From NCBI GenBank assembly GCA_043228905.1, contig JBHGNT010000010.1, positions 7,874,001 to 7,938,000 on the forward strand: a DNA stretch of 64,000 nt, given 5' to 3'. Every line of letters begins with the position of its first letter. Position 1 is the first letter of the stretch. The stretch comes from Azolla caroliniana. Lineage: Eukaryota > Plantae > Polypodiophyta. This document shows positions 11,201 through 22,640 of the stretch, piece after piece. The translations under genes were made by a program, and so were the position numbers. Below the pieces are notes generated by a model that was given only the letters and a program-made list of their open reading frames with translations, did not search any database and had not been told where the DNA came from.

Positions 11201-14200
11201 TGTGAGCTCTTGGAACGGGAATTGGCTTCACGTTCCATGACACATGGGGTATTGTAAAGATAACCATTGGTTCCACAAGCATTGGGTCAACACATCCGAT
11301 TTCTTGTGGGGAAAAGGCAAATGCTTTCCCAGGTTGCTCCAACATTTCCCAGAACTTGGACTCTTCTTTGGGAAGCAAAAACTCACCCCAACCAATTTTG
11401 AGCTTCCTCCGAGTTTCGTCTGTGAAGACATGCCCTACCTTTCGGGTCTCTAAGGCACGGATCTCGCGCTACCTCCTTTATTCATTGCCAACTATCTTCA
11501 GGCAAGGGAGCAACCATAGGTTTAACCTTCTTATCTACGGTCTTGTATTTGGTATTAACTTCGGTCGGGAACTGTACACTCCCCTATACACGCAACGCTT
11601 GGCCACAACCAAGCTTAGATTCATGCACAGAAAACAGGAAATGAAAGCACGACACAAAGAGGAGAAGAGTACACAGGATGTTTACGTGGAAAACCCAAAG
11701 AGGGAAAAACCACAGCAGCCCACAGGCTGCAAACTATCACTATGCTAGAATGTACAACAGTGACTTCACGGAGGCAACGGCCTCGTGCTCACGATCCTCG
11801 CCACAGGCGGCGGTTACAACAGAGGCAACAACCTCTTGCTCTCTCTCTCTCTGTACACTGTTACGCGCTCACTCTATTCTTGCACCAACAAGAATAACAA
11901 CAGTCCCTAAAAAAGTTGCCCTAAGTCATATTTATACTAATATGACTTTTCGGCTATTTACAAATATAGCCACGATGGACTCTCAGAAACATATTCACAA
12001 ATATGTCTCTTCATCGGGAGAGCACTCCTCACCGGGCCTGCATCATCCAGATCTTGCCGAGTACTCCTCATCCGGTTCTTCACCGGGTCTGTACCATCCG
12101 GCTCTCCGTAGCCGGGTACTCCTCATCCGGTTCTCACCGGGTTTGCACCATCCGGTTCTCCGTAGCCGGGTCTGCACCATTCGGCTCTCCGTAGCCGGGT
12201 ACTCCTCATCCGGTTTCGGCCTCGGCCAAGTTTGCTTATCAACACCATTCTTCTCCCTTCCCATCCGGAGGGACCTGTCTCCCAACAAACTCCCCCTTCA
12301 CTCCGGCATGGGGTGTCTTACTAGACCGATCCTCTTCCGGCATGCATCCAACTTGTCGGGTATCAACACTTTGGTCAGCATATCTGACCCGTTCTCGGCC
12401 GTGTGGATCTTCATAAGTGCGAACTCCTGGTCATCTACTCTTTCCCGGATCCAGTGATATCTTCGCTGGATATGCTTTGTCCGGGAATGGTAGGCCGCAT
12501 TCTTAGCAAGATGGATGGCACTTTGACTGTCGCAATAGAGCCGGTATTCATCTTGCCGGATACCGAGCTCTCCGATGAAGTCCTTCATCCATAAGATTTC
12601 CTTGCCGGCTTCCACAGCCACCATGTACTCCGCCTCTGTGGTTGACAACGCAACCGTCTTCTGCAACCTCGACTGCCACGAAACAGCTCCCCCTGCATAT
12701 GTCATTACATACCCGCATGTAGACCGGCTGGTATCCACATCAGCCGACATGTCCGAATCGGTGAAACCGTCCAGTTGAGGTTTTCCGGAGCCGAATCGGA
12801 GACACATATTTGAAGTGCCCTTCAAATACCCGAGTATCCATTTGACCGCGTTCCAGTGCTCCTTGCCGGGATTGCTCATGAACCGGCTCACCACTCCGAC
12901 TGCGTATCCTATATCCGGTCGGGTACAAACCATTGCGTACATTAAGCTCCCGACGGCAGAGGCATATGGAATCTTCATCATATCCGCCTTCTCTGCTTTC
13001 GTCTTCGGGATTTGCTTACCGGATAACCTGCAGTTTGCCGGAAGTGTCGATCCGACCGGTTTCACATCTGACATGTTGAACCGGTGAAGCACCTTTGTCA
13101 CATACTTCTCCTGTGACAGCCATAATTGCTTCGCTGACTGGTTCCGGATGATGTGCATCCCCAGCATCTGTCTTGCTCTACCCAAGTCTTTCATTGAGAA
13201 GGTCCGGTTGAGAGCCTTCTTCAACATCCGTATTTTGACTTGGTCCCGTCCGACGACCAACATGTCGTCCACGTACAGAAGGAGTATCAGGAAGTCGCCT
13301 CCTTCAAACTTCTTCACAAACACGCAGTGATCGGCCTGTGTCTTGTGGTACCCTTGATCGGTCATGAAGGAGTCGAACTTCTGGTACCATTGCCGGGGGG
13401 CCTACTTTAACCCGTAGAGGCTCTTCTTCAACCAGCAAACCAGGTGCTCCTTCCCTTTCTCCACGAATCCTTCCAGTTGCTGCATGTAGATTTCTTCTTC
13501 GAGGTCACCGTGAAGGAATGTCGTCTTCACGTCTAGCTGCTCTACCTCAAGGTCCATGCTTGCCGCTATACTCAGCACCGTCTAGATGGAGGTCATCTTT
13601 ACTACTGGGGCAAATATCTCGTCGAAGTCCACGCCCTTCTTCTGTTGGAATCCCTTCACCACGATCCTGGCTTTGTATCTTGGGGGGTTGCCGACATCTC
13701 CCGGTTTCAACTTGTACACCCACTTGTTTCGGAGTGCCCGCTTTCCTTTCAGCAACTCCACCAATTCGTACATATGGTTCTCATGCAGGGAATCCATCTC
13801 ATCCTGCATGGCACTTAACCATTTTCGGCTATGGGTGTCTTCCTTCGCTTCTTCGAAGCTTGCTCCCCCTCATCGGTCAACAGAACATGCTCTGCATCCG
13901 GAAATCTCCGGGGGGCTCTTCTCTCTCTGAGAGGATATCTCCGTCTCTGGGCTTCGGTGACCGGGTGACCGGCTCATCCATCTGCTCTTCATCCGAATCC
14001 GATTAGGGGTCTTGGCCGGTTCCGGTTTCAGCTTCCTCTACTTCTTCTTCAGCCCGTTTGGTATCCTCACCGTAACCGTCTGGTCCCTCGAGTGCTAACC
14101 GGTCTCTTGTCGGTTGGGTCTGCTCATCGTAGAGTCGATCCTTACCGATCGACTCGGAGTTCATTATCTTCTTCTCCGACTCCCAGTCGGCGAGCGTCTT

Positions 14201-17200
14201 GTTCTCCATGAAGATAATATCTCGACTCCGGAATACCTTCTTGTCGACCATGTCCCACACTCAGTAGCCGAACTCATCATCACCGTAACCGAGGAATATG
14301 CATGGCCGGGTCTTTGGATCTAACTTTCCTCTCCGGTCCTTAGCTACATGCACGTACGCGAGACACCCGAACACCTTCATATGCCGGTAGGATACTTCCT
14401 TACCGATCCACACTCTCTGTGGCGTGTCTCCGTCCAAGGGTATTGAGGGTGATCTATTTATCACATATGTCGCCGTCGACAGTGCCTCAGCCCAAAACTT
14501 CTTGGGTAGTTTTGCATGCGCTAGCATACTCCGGACCCTCTCCATTATGGTCCGGTTCATCCTCTCGGCCAGTCCGTTTAGTTCCAGCGTCTTCGGCACA
14601 GTAAATTCGAGCCGGATTCCCTTCGAACGGCAGTACTCCTCGAACTGCCCCCAGTATTCTCCTCCGTTATCTGCTCGAATCGCCTTCAGCTTCTGGCCGG
14701 TTTCTCTTTCCACTCTCGCGTGGAGCTCTTTGAAGACGGATAACACCCAATCCTTCATCTTCAACGGTGTGGCCCACAGCTTCCGGTTGTGGTCATCTAT
14801 GAATGTCACGAAGTACTGCGCTCCGGCATGTGACTTCGTGTCTACTTGACACACATCCGTATGCACCAACTCCAGTGGTGCATTACGTCTCATCGGTGGC
14901 CTTGGTCGGAAGGAGGTCCGGTTCTGCTTACCGGCCAGACAATCAGTGCACTTCTCTAAGTGCACGTTCTTCACTGGAATGAGGTTGTCGTATGCAAGCC
15001 TCTTCATCCCCTTCTCGCTCATATGACACAACCTCTTGTGCCACAGCTCACCGGCAGTGTCAGATGCCACGTTCACTTCTTCCGGGCATAACCGGGCATT
15101 CATCAGGTACAATGTGTTTACCTTCCGGGCACGAGCCACAATCAGGCTCCCTTTGCTGAACTTCATGACACCGTTCCGGATGCTACCCGTGTAGCCTTCA
15201 TCATCTAGCCGATCAGCTGATATCAGGTTCAGTCGAACCTCCGGAACGTGTTGGACATCCCTCAGCAGCAACTTGCATCTGGTTGGTGTCGACAACCACA
15301 CGTCTCCTATGCCGACAATTCGGCATGTACCTTCATTCCCCATCCGGACACAGCCGTGATCACCGGTTGAGTAGGATGAGAAGCATTTCCGGTCCGGGGT
15401 AAGGTGGAACGACGCTCCGGAGTCTACCACCCAGGTCATCTCGTCGCCGGTAAGGTTTATCTCACTCTCCTCAGTGATGAGCATCAACTCCTCTTCACTT
15501 GCCGCGATTGCCGTCGTTCCCTTCCGGTCCGGTCCCCTACGGTCTTTACCGTCCCATTCCGGTGTCCGCTTCGAATCGGTGGTGTCGGTTTCCTTGTCTT
15601 TACGGAAGTGCTGACAGTTCTTCTGGAAGTGTCCCGGCTTGCCGCAATAGAAGCAAGTAGGCCTCCCCCTTGACTTTGACCGTGTCCCCGACTTCTCCCG
15701 GTTCTGGGGACTACGATTTCTATGTCTTCCGCGTTCCAATTCGGTAAGGAGCGCTTTGGAGTCGGAGCTCGTATCCTTATCTTTCCGACACGCCTCCTCA
15801 TCTAGCAGGCTCGACTTCACTCTTGCTAGGGATAACCGTTTTCCTTCCGGCCCGGCGTTGCCCAAAGTGACAACCAACATCTCCCAGCTATCTGGGAGGG
15901 AACCGAGCAGGAGTAGCACTAGTACCTCATCGGCGAGAGGTACTTCCAATGAAGTTGCCTGGTGGATCAGCCCCTAGAAGGCATTCATGTGCTCCGCCAT
16001 GCTAGAGCCATCTTGGAACCGGAGTCTTACTAGCTTCCGGAATACCGAAACCTGATTAACAGCATTTTTGTTCTAAAACATTATGCCGATCTTCTCCTAG
16101 AGCTCATGAGACTTGCTCTCTTCATTGAAGTTGTTGTACAGGCTCATGTCGATGAAGCACCGTATGTACGCCGTTGTCTTCATGTGCAGCACCTCCCATA
16201 TCGCGGCGTCGATTTTGTCCGGTCTCTTGTCCCCGAACTGAACCGGCAGCCAGAGGTCTTTAACCACGGGCATGTCCCTCATCTTCGACTTCCACACTGA
16301 ATAGTTGGAGCCGGTGAGCTTGAACATGCCGCCAAACGATTCGTCCATTTTCTGTGTCATTTCGCTCTGATACCACTTGTCGGGAACTATACGCTCCCCT
16401 ATACACGCAACGCTCGGCCACAACCAAGCTTAGATTCATGCATAGAAAACGGGAAATGAAAGCACGACACAAAGAGGAGAAGAGTACACAGGATGTTTAC
16501 GTGGAAAACCCAAAGAGGGAAAAACCACGGCAGCCCACGAGCTGCAAACTATCACTATGCTAGAATGTACAATAGTGAGTTCACGGAGGCAACGACCTCG
16601 TGCTCACGATCCTCGCCACAGGCGGTGGTTACAACAGAGGCAATGACCTCTTGCTCTCTCTCTCTCTCTGTACACTGTTACGCGCTCACTCTATTCTTGC
16701 ACCAACAAGAATAACAACAACAATAGTCCCTATAAAGGTTGCCCTAAGTCATATTTATACTAATATGACTTTTCGGCTATTTACAAATATAGCCACGATG
16801 GACTCTTAGAAACATATTTACAAATATGTCTCTTCATCCGGAGAGCACTCCTCACCGGGCCTGCATCATCCAGATCTTGCCGGGTACTCCTCATCCGGTT
16901 CTTCACCGGGTCTGTATCATCCGGCTCTCCATAGCCGGGTACTCCTCATCCGGTTCTCACCGGGTCTGCACCATCCGGTTCTCCGTAGCCGGGTCTATAC
17001 CATCCAGCTCTCCGTAGCCGGGTCTGCACCATCCGACTCTCCGTAGCCGGGTACTCCTCATCCAGTTTGCTTATCAACATTGTTCTTCTCCCTTCCCATT
17101 CGGAGGGACCTGTCTCCCAACAACTTTGACTTCATCCGTCGCGACACTTTGTTCGTATTCGTCGATGGCGGTGTATAAGGTGACAGAGTTGATTGGAATC

Positions 17201-17498
17201 ATTCTGTTGACTTGTAGTTTCAATTCGATGACTTTCTCCTTTTCCCCAAGAGTATCATCAAATGATATTATCTCCATGTACCTGTTTATTGCCTCTTCCT
17301 CGCTCATAATCCCGATTTCTGTAAGTTGTTCCTCTAGGATTTCTATTTTAATATCTCCTCCATTAATGTTGCTAAATTTACACATCCCATTTTCATAAAA
17401 CAAGACTTCATTTTCATTAATGGGGTGACAACTTTTATTACACTGATTTGGGGACATAGTTAGATGTCTTTTGTCCCTCTCCCTAATAGCCTGAATTA
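8279..17498 (-). pseudogene. Gypsy ORF2 (N-terminal spacer, RT, RNase H, integrase), interrupted by the copia at 11563-17122
   Basis: The frame opens at the slippery site. ...DEVKV|NTKYKTV is split by the insertion and matches AEVNTKYKTVD in the copy at 50280. Confidence 0.85.
11563..17122 (-). mobile_element. Near-intact Tork/Tnt1-like Ty1/copia element nested in gypsy pol
   Basis: LTRs 11563-12287 and 16378-17122. PBS-iMet TGGTATCAGAGC ends at 16375; PPT AGGGGGAG at 12290-12297. TSD ACTTC/ACTTT. Gag CFYCGKPGH, protease VVDSGASFH, INT, RT YVDD and RNase H TDSDM, with a few stops. Confidence 0.95.
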
Positions 17499-19645
17499 AA
17501 AATCCCCCCTAGATTCTTTCCCTAAGCTATACCTATTTCTTTCATGGTTTGGTTGTACAGTGAGGAATTGAATCGAGCTCGTCTCATCTTGACTTCGTAT
17601 CCACGCATATGCCGAACCATTATCAAGTACCTTTGTCTCCATCTGGGATGCTGTAATGTAAGGCTCACCAAGGATGACAGGATGTGACGTCGATTCCTGC
17701 ACAAAAAAGTGTTGATCATGCTCAACGTCGCCAATAGTTACCTTAACGTTAGGGCAGGCCCCATGAAGCTCTTCAATCGCCCTGGTTACCGCTCGAATCT
17801 TCCACCCATGCCTAGTATTAATGGGCCAACGACCCTTTTGATAGAAGTCAAGAGACATGAGGTTGATCTCTGAGCCATGATCAATGAGCGCCACCACCGA
17901 ATCTTTCAAGTCTCCCATCCGCACCGGTGTCTCGATAGTGGCCCTAGCCCAATGTGGCCTTGCAAAATGGCTATCGGAAAATTCTTGTTCAATTTCGAGA
18001 CCTTCCGTTCTGATAGCGCTCGTCGAGACATTTGCCGATCTGGTTCCTTCTTCACGTGTTGTCAGTCTCTTCCTTTTTATTAAGTCAATGATGACATCAT
18101 GAAATTCTTTCTTTGCAATTCCTAAGACCTCCCGTAGTGTGAACTTGATTCGGCTATCCAGGATTCTTTCTTCCATTTCACGCTTAAGGTCAGTGGATTG
18201 CTCTATCTCTGAGCGTAGTTTGAATGATGGTCTGATTCTTTCCTTCCCTCTTTCGGTTATCGTTTGGGGCGGTGATGATTTCTCCCTTCTTCGAACAACA
18301 TCTCTCATGTCATGTTTCTTTGAAGAGCCTAATTGGTCATCTGGTCTTTTTCATTTCTCTTGAACTAGGACGTCGTAGTTTTGACACATGGCCTCGACGA
18401 AGCTAGACTTCTCCTCCACAGGGTCCTCCCATCCCGTCATTCCTTGGACTCTTCGTTCTTCTTTGACTGGCTCATTCATGCAGAGCTTCCCTTTTCTGAC
18501 TTGATTCAATATGATTGGCCAAAATTCTCCTGCTTGAGATTCTCGGGCTCTCGTCTCATGTCCAGCTCGAATCCCGGTAGATGAGGAATAGTAAACACTA
18601 TTCACTTTGTTTTCTTCCATTTCCTCCATCAACTTCTTCATACCTCCTCGGCCGAAGTTGGTATTGAGAGGATGTTGCATCACCGAGGAGTGAATCCTAT
18701 TGTTTGATAGATAAATGATATCTCGTCGAAGGGCATTTTGGAATTCTGAGCAATCTCTCCGTTGGTGTTCCAAAGAGTCACACCAAATACACCTGCGGGG
18801 AAAGTCCAAGCGACGACTTGGAAAACTTTGAGTTTCTTCCATTCTAATTTGAGAAATTCTTATCTCTCGAAGCATGTCTACAAGTTCATCCATTGTGGCT
18901 TCATTCGTGGGCTGAGCCACTTCAGCATCCCTCGGTCTTTAGGCTTGTGGTTCTTGTCTTGCGTTATAAGCTTGTCGGCCAATCTGAGCTGCAACACTCA
19001 ATCTTGTCTCGTTGTCCCATTGTTGATACTTATCAAACGTCCACATGCTCTTTTCACTACTGCCCAATCAGAAATGAGGCCTTCATCATTTTCTAGTAGT
19101 AGTCCAAGATCTCTTCGATCTTTCTCATCTACTGATTTGAAAAATAGGAGCACCTTGCTAGAATCGAGAATTGTTTTGTCAAGTGCAGGCAGACGATCAA
19201 ATCTTTGCTCGAACACGTGGAGCGTCGCACTCGCACTCAACTCTTTGTTAGAAGACTCCACCCAGTCCATTAAATCTTTCTTCGTCATTCGAGATGAGTC
19301 ACCAAACCCATATTCTTCAAGTAAACTTCATTCGAAAGATGACCATTCAGGATTGGTCTCTTGTAGCTCTAGGACTCGGGAGTAAAGACTTGTAGTAGCA
19401 ATCCTTGAGAAGCTTGTCACTTGTCTTGCCATAGGAATACCCTTTTTCCACATTTCTATTTTGTAGGTTTCAAGGTGTCGTGTCACATCTCTAACGTCAA
19501 AGCATCCGTTGGTATCCACGATCCTATCGATGGCAACGTCAAGGCCTGTGACGTTGTCTCTCTCCTGAAGCATTTGGTCCATCATCCTCGCCATTGCTTG
19601 TGTTAGACTATCATTAAAGTCTCTAGCACTCGAAGTTCTGGCCAT
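17496..19645 (-). pseudogene. Gypsy ORF1: gag + zinc knuckle + aspartic protease
   Basis: ORF pieces 19645-19328, 19288-18998, 18920-18351 and 18308-17496 join through premature stops and one 1-nt indel near 19035. The ORF ends GDF-TAA. Confidence 0.85.
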
Positions 19646-19662
19646 CCTCCCTTGCCGTTCTC

Positions 19663-19678
19663 CACGTCGGGTTCACCA
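19663..19678 (-). promoter_or_regulatory. Primer-binding site complementary to the tRNA-Trp 3' end
   Basis: Minus strand TGGTGAACCCGACGTG complements ...CACGTCGGGTTCA-CCA, the plant tRNA-Trp 3' end as recalled. It lies 6 nt from the LTR. Confidence 0.85.
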
Positions 19679-19684
19679 AATCTG

Positions 19685-20670
19685 TGTTGCAGAAATCCGT
19701 GCCTGCGGGTTGGTCGAACAGGACCACCGGGGTCTTTGACCAAGGAGGATGAATCAGGTGACTTGTGCTTCTAAGGAATCAACCATCCTTTAGGTTTATA
19801 ATCAGGTCGTTCTTGTTGTCGAAGATGCTTGTGTGGGTTGACTGAGAGAGAGAGAGAGAGAGAGAGCGATATTGAGAAAATATTTACCGCACCACAAAGA
19901 TGTCGTGAAGCACGTGACACATGTGCCAAACGTCGCGATGTGTGTGTTACACGTGTGCAAACAAGCACCGGACTCTATCTGCAAGTGGTGATGGAGGATC
20001 GAAAGGATCATTCAAGAAAATGAAGCGGAACCGTCAATGTTCTGGACCGGAAGGACTAGCGCAAGCAAGAAACTATTAAAGATAGATTGGTAGATAGATA
20101 GATACGGACGAGAATTCCAATTCCCGGTTTGAACCTTTGACTTCAAAATTGAGGGACAAGACACATTGCCAATGAGATAACTAAGATTTATTATTATTGT
20201 TATTGATTCCATACATTGCTTGATTTCCTTTCCCTTCCTTTCCTTCTTATATAGATACCCCCATGCATATGATACATGGAGGATGTAAGACATGCATACA
20301 ATGCATGAAATGCATGTGATGCATGATTGCCATTTGGCACTCATGTATCACATGTGATGCATGATGACCATGTCTCTCATTCAAGCTCTCATATACGAGC
20401 TATGACATGTGAAAAGTACAATGAAGAAATAAACTTTAAAGAAAACAACCTAGCCTAAAGGTATGTCAATTGCTTCCTATCCTCGAGGTGTAAGGTTCAT
20501 ATCTTTATATCTTGTGTAATAGACACCTAAACACACATCAAACGTGCACATTAACATGCTAACATACATGTGTAACCATCACTCCTTTCATACATGTGCA
20601 CATTGCACCTTCTCGATTTTCCTCGTTCCACGCGATTTTCACATTGTTGCTGAAAATCTTCACGATAACA
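19685..20670 (-). repeat. Gypsy 5' LTR
   Basis: Direct repeat of 7178-8173, adjacent to the PBS. The right end is at 20667 or 20670. Confidence 0.88.
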
Positions 20671-20698
20671 TTATTTACATGTGTTCATACATAGGAAC

Positions 20699-22640
20699 TC
20701 AATGTTGGTCTTCACCCGTGTAAGCACCTATTCCGGCGCATCCGACTTTATTTCGCTTTGTAGCCGGAATTTCCCATGACAACGCTCGGCGACACTGTTC
20801 TGCTTTGGTGTGTATCTGCAAGAGAATTCCTGTCGGATTCCCTTCATCTGTAGATAGCTCGTGAACTGGCCGGAAAAGTACTCTTTTCCGCCATTCAATC
20901 TTAAACACTTGATCTTCCTTCTGGTGTCGTGTTCGACAAGCTTCTTCAAATCCCAGAAGACCTCGCTTTTCTTCTCGATTAGATAGATCCCAGTGTGCTA
21001 GGTGAAATCGTCGATGAAGGAAAAGAAATACCAACTCCCACTGATGCTAGTTCCCACACATCAGAATGGATGAGATCAAGTCGATTCATGCTCCGATTCT
21101 TCTCACTAGGAAACGGAAGCCTATGCTGCTTCCCGAGCTGGAAAGCTTCACAGATTTGGTCTTTCCAGCCACTAAATTACGGCAATCCAAAAACCACGTG
21201 TTTCGATAGTAGCTTGTTAAGTTTCCGGAAGTTGATGTGGCCGATCCGCTTGTCCCACAGGTCGATGTCCGCCTCGACCTTCTGCCCTTTTGCAAACATA
21301 GCGGTGCCTACATCAATCATTTCGAGGATAAATGTCCTCCCATCTCGGCGCCCTTGTGTGATGACTTTACCCACTTCTTCGATGAAGCACCTAAGGTGCG
21401 TGAACCAAACCTGCATCCCTTGATCGACAATCTATCCAACTCACACGAGATTCTTTGTGATTGTCGACACGTGCAAGACGTTCATCAACTTTCCCTTTTG
21501 CCCGACATGGCTGAGAGGGACCTCACCGATGTGGTCGATGGTATGAGTGTCTTCTTCAATTTCGATAACTCCCGGTTGCTCCGGTTTTCCAGGAATGAGA
21601 ACAATTCTTTGTGGCTCGTCATAATTTTTGACACTCTGAAGTCAACATACTATACTTCCTTCGAATTGGAAGTGGTCTTCTTCATCGAGTTAGGCTTGTG
21701 TTTCATCACAATGTCTGGGTTTGTTCCATTTCCAGAATAGGATTTTTCCGATTCCTCGGCGTAGTGTGAGCTTTGCTGGCTTCCTCGACCGGCCTTGCCG
21801 GATCTGAATTTGTCCGAATCAGCGTGCTTCTTCCAGCACTCGCTCTCTCTGTGGCCCTTCCGGCCACAATACCTGCGTGGTTCTTCTCAACTAGGATAAT
21901 TGAATGTAGGTTGAAAAATGAGGGGATATTCTCCTTTGTACAGACTGTCGTTCAGAATGCTTTGAACTTTGATTCTAGGCCCCCGAGACAGACTTGCACC
22001 ATCTCATCTTCCTCAATGGTCACCTTAATAGAGGCAAGTGAGTCACAGATGTCTTTGATTCGGGCTGTGTAATCAATCACCGACATGTAACTCTCTTGGA
22101 GTTGGAGGTTCCGGGTCATGGTCCTTGCGGCAAAGAACTTCTTCAGGTTTCCCCAAGCTTCCTTCCGCATCTTGGTGTCCCAAATATGGCTCAGTAGCTG
22201 ATCGCCGACACTGGACGCAAAGCAGTATATAGCTCTACTTGCCACTTCTTCCCAAGTCAGGAAGTCCTTGTGTGCTGCATCATGTGTTGTATCGTTAGCT
22301 CCGTCGACATAACTCCAGTAGTCATGCCGGAGCAGGTACTAGTGCATCTTGTACAACCAAGATGCGTAGTTGGATCTGTCGAGCTTCTCTGTCGGGAGCG
22401 AGCTAGCCGTTCCTCGGTCCATATCCTTCTTCTATCTATTCTTTACCGAGTGTTAGGATTTGTCTTCAGAAAAGGCTTGTCGGTTGTAGAGGTTCTCAAC
22501 CCTCGGGCGCTGATACCATGTAAAAGAATACGATTGCGGAAGCTAAGACAAAACCGGCTTGTCCGGATAGAAAAAGAGAATAAAGACACAACTTTAATGG
22601 AAACCTTACACGAGAGAGACAGAGTTAGAGGAGAACACAG
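20699..22640 (-). mobile_element. 5' part of a short-LTR copia element (U5 remnant 22519-22640, PBS 22507-22518, gag to integrase fragments)
   Basis: GCGCTGATACCA|TGTAAAAG. Motifs IKDICDSLASI, DIDLWDKRIGHINF and KIKCLRLNGGKEY. Confidence 0.85.

Larger units (their letters stand above)
7178..20670 (-). mobile_element. Full-length (decayed) Ty3/gypsy LTR retrotransposon carrying a nested copia
   Basis: Direct ~1 kb LTRs at 7178-8173 and 19685-20670. PBS 19663-19678. Gag with CIWCDSLEHQRRDC knuckle, protease ALIDHGSEINLM, RT LPQGATNS/FLDDIPIKG, RNase H VDTSP, integrase GH...C..C and EANGKIE, in PR-RT-RH-INT order. No chromodomain seen. Confidence 0.93.

Noticed and set aside
11678-12457. Long ORFs within LTRs and antisense to pol (e.g. 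11678-12457, 27372-28163, 53145-53768)
   Set aside because: No recognisable motifs; these are shadow ORFs of GC-rich or coding sequence.
7173-20675. TSD for the large gypsy element
   Set aside because: Flanks TCGT/TTAT match only with two changes, and the left host RT does not resume on the right, so the flank was probably rearranged.
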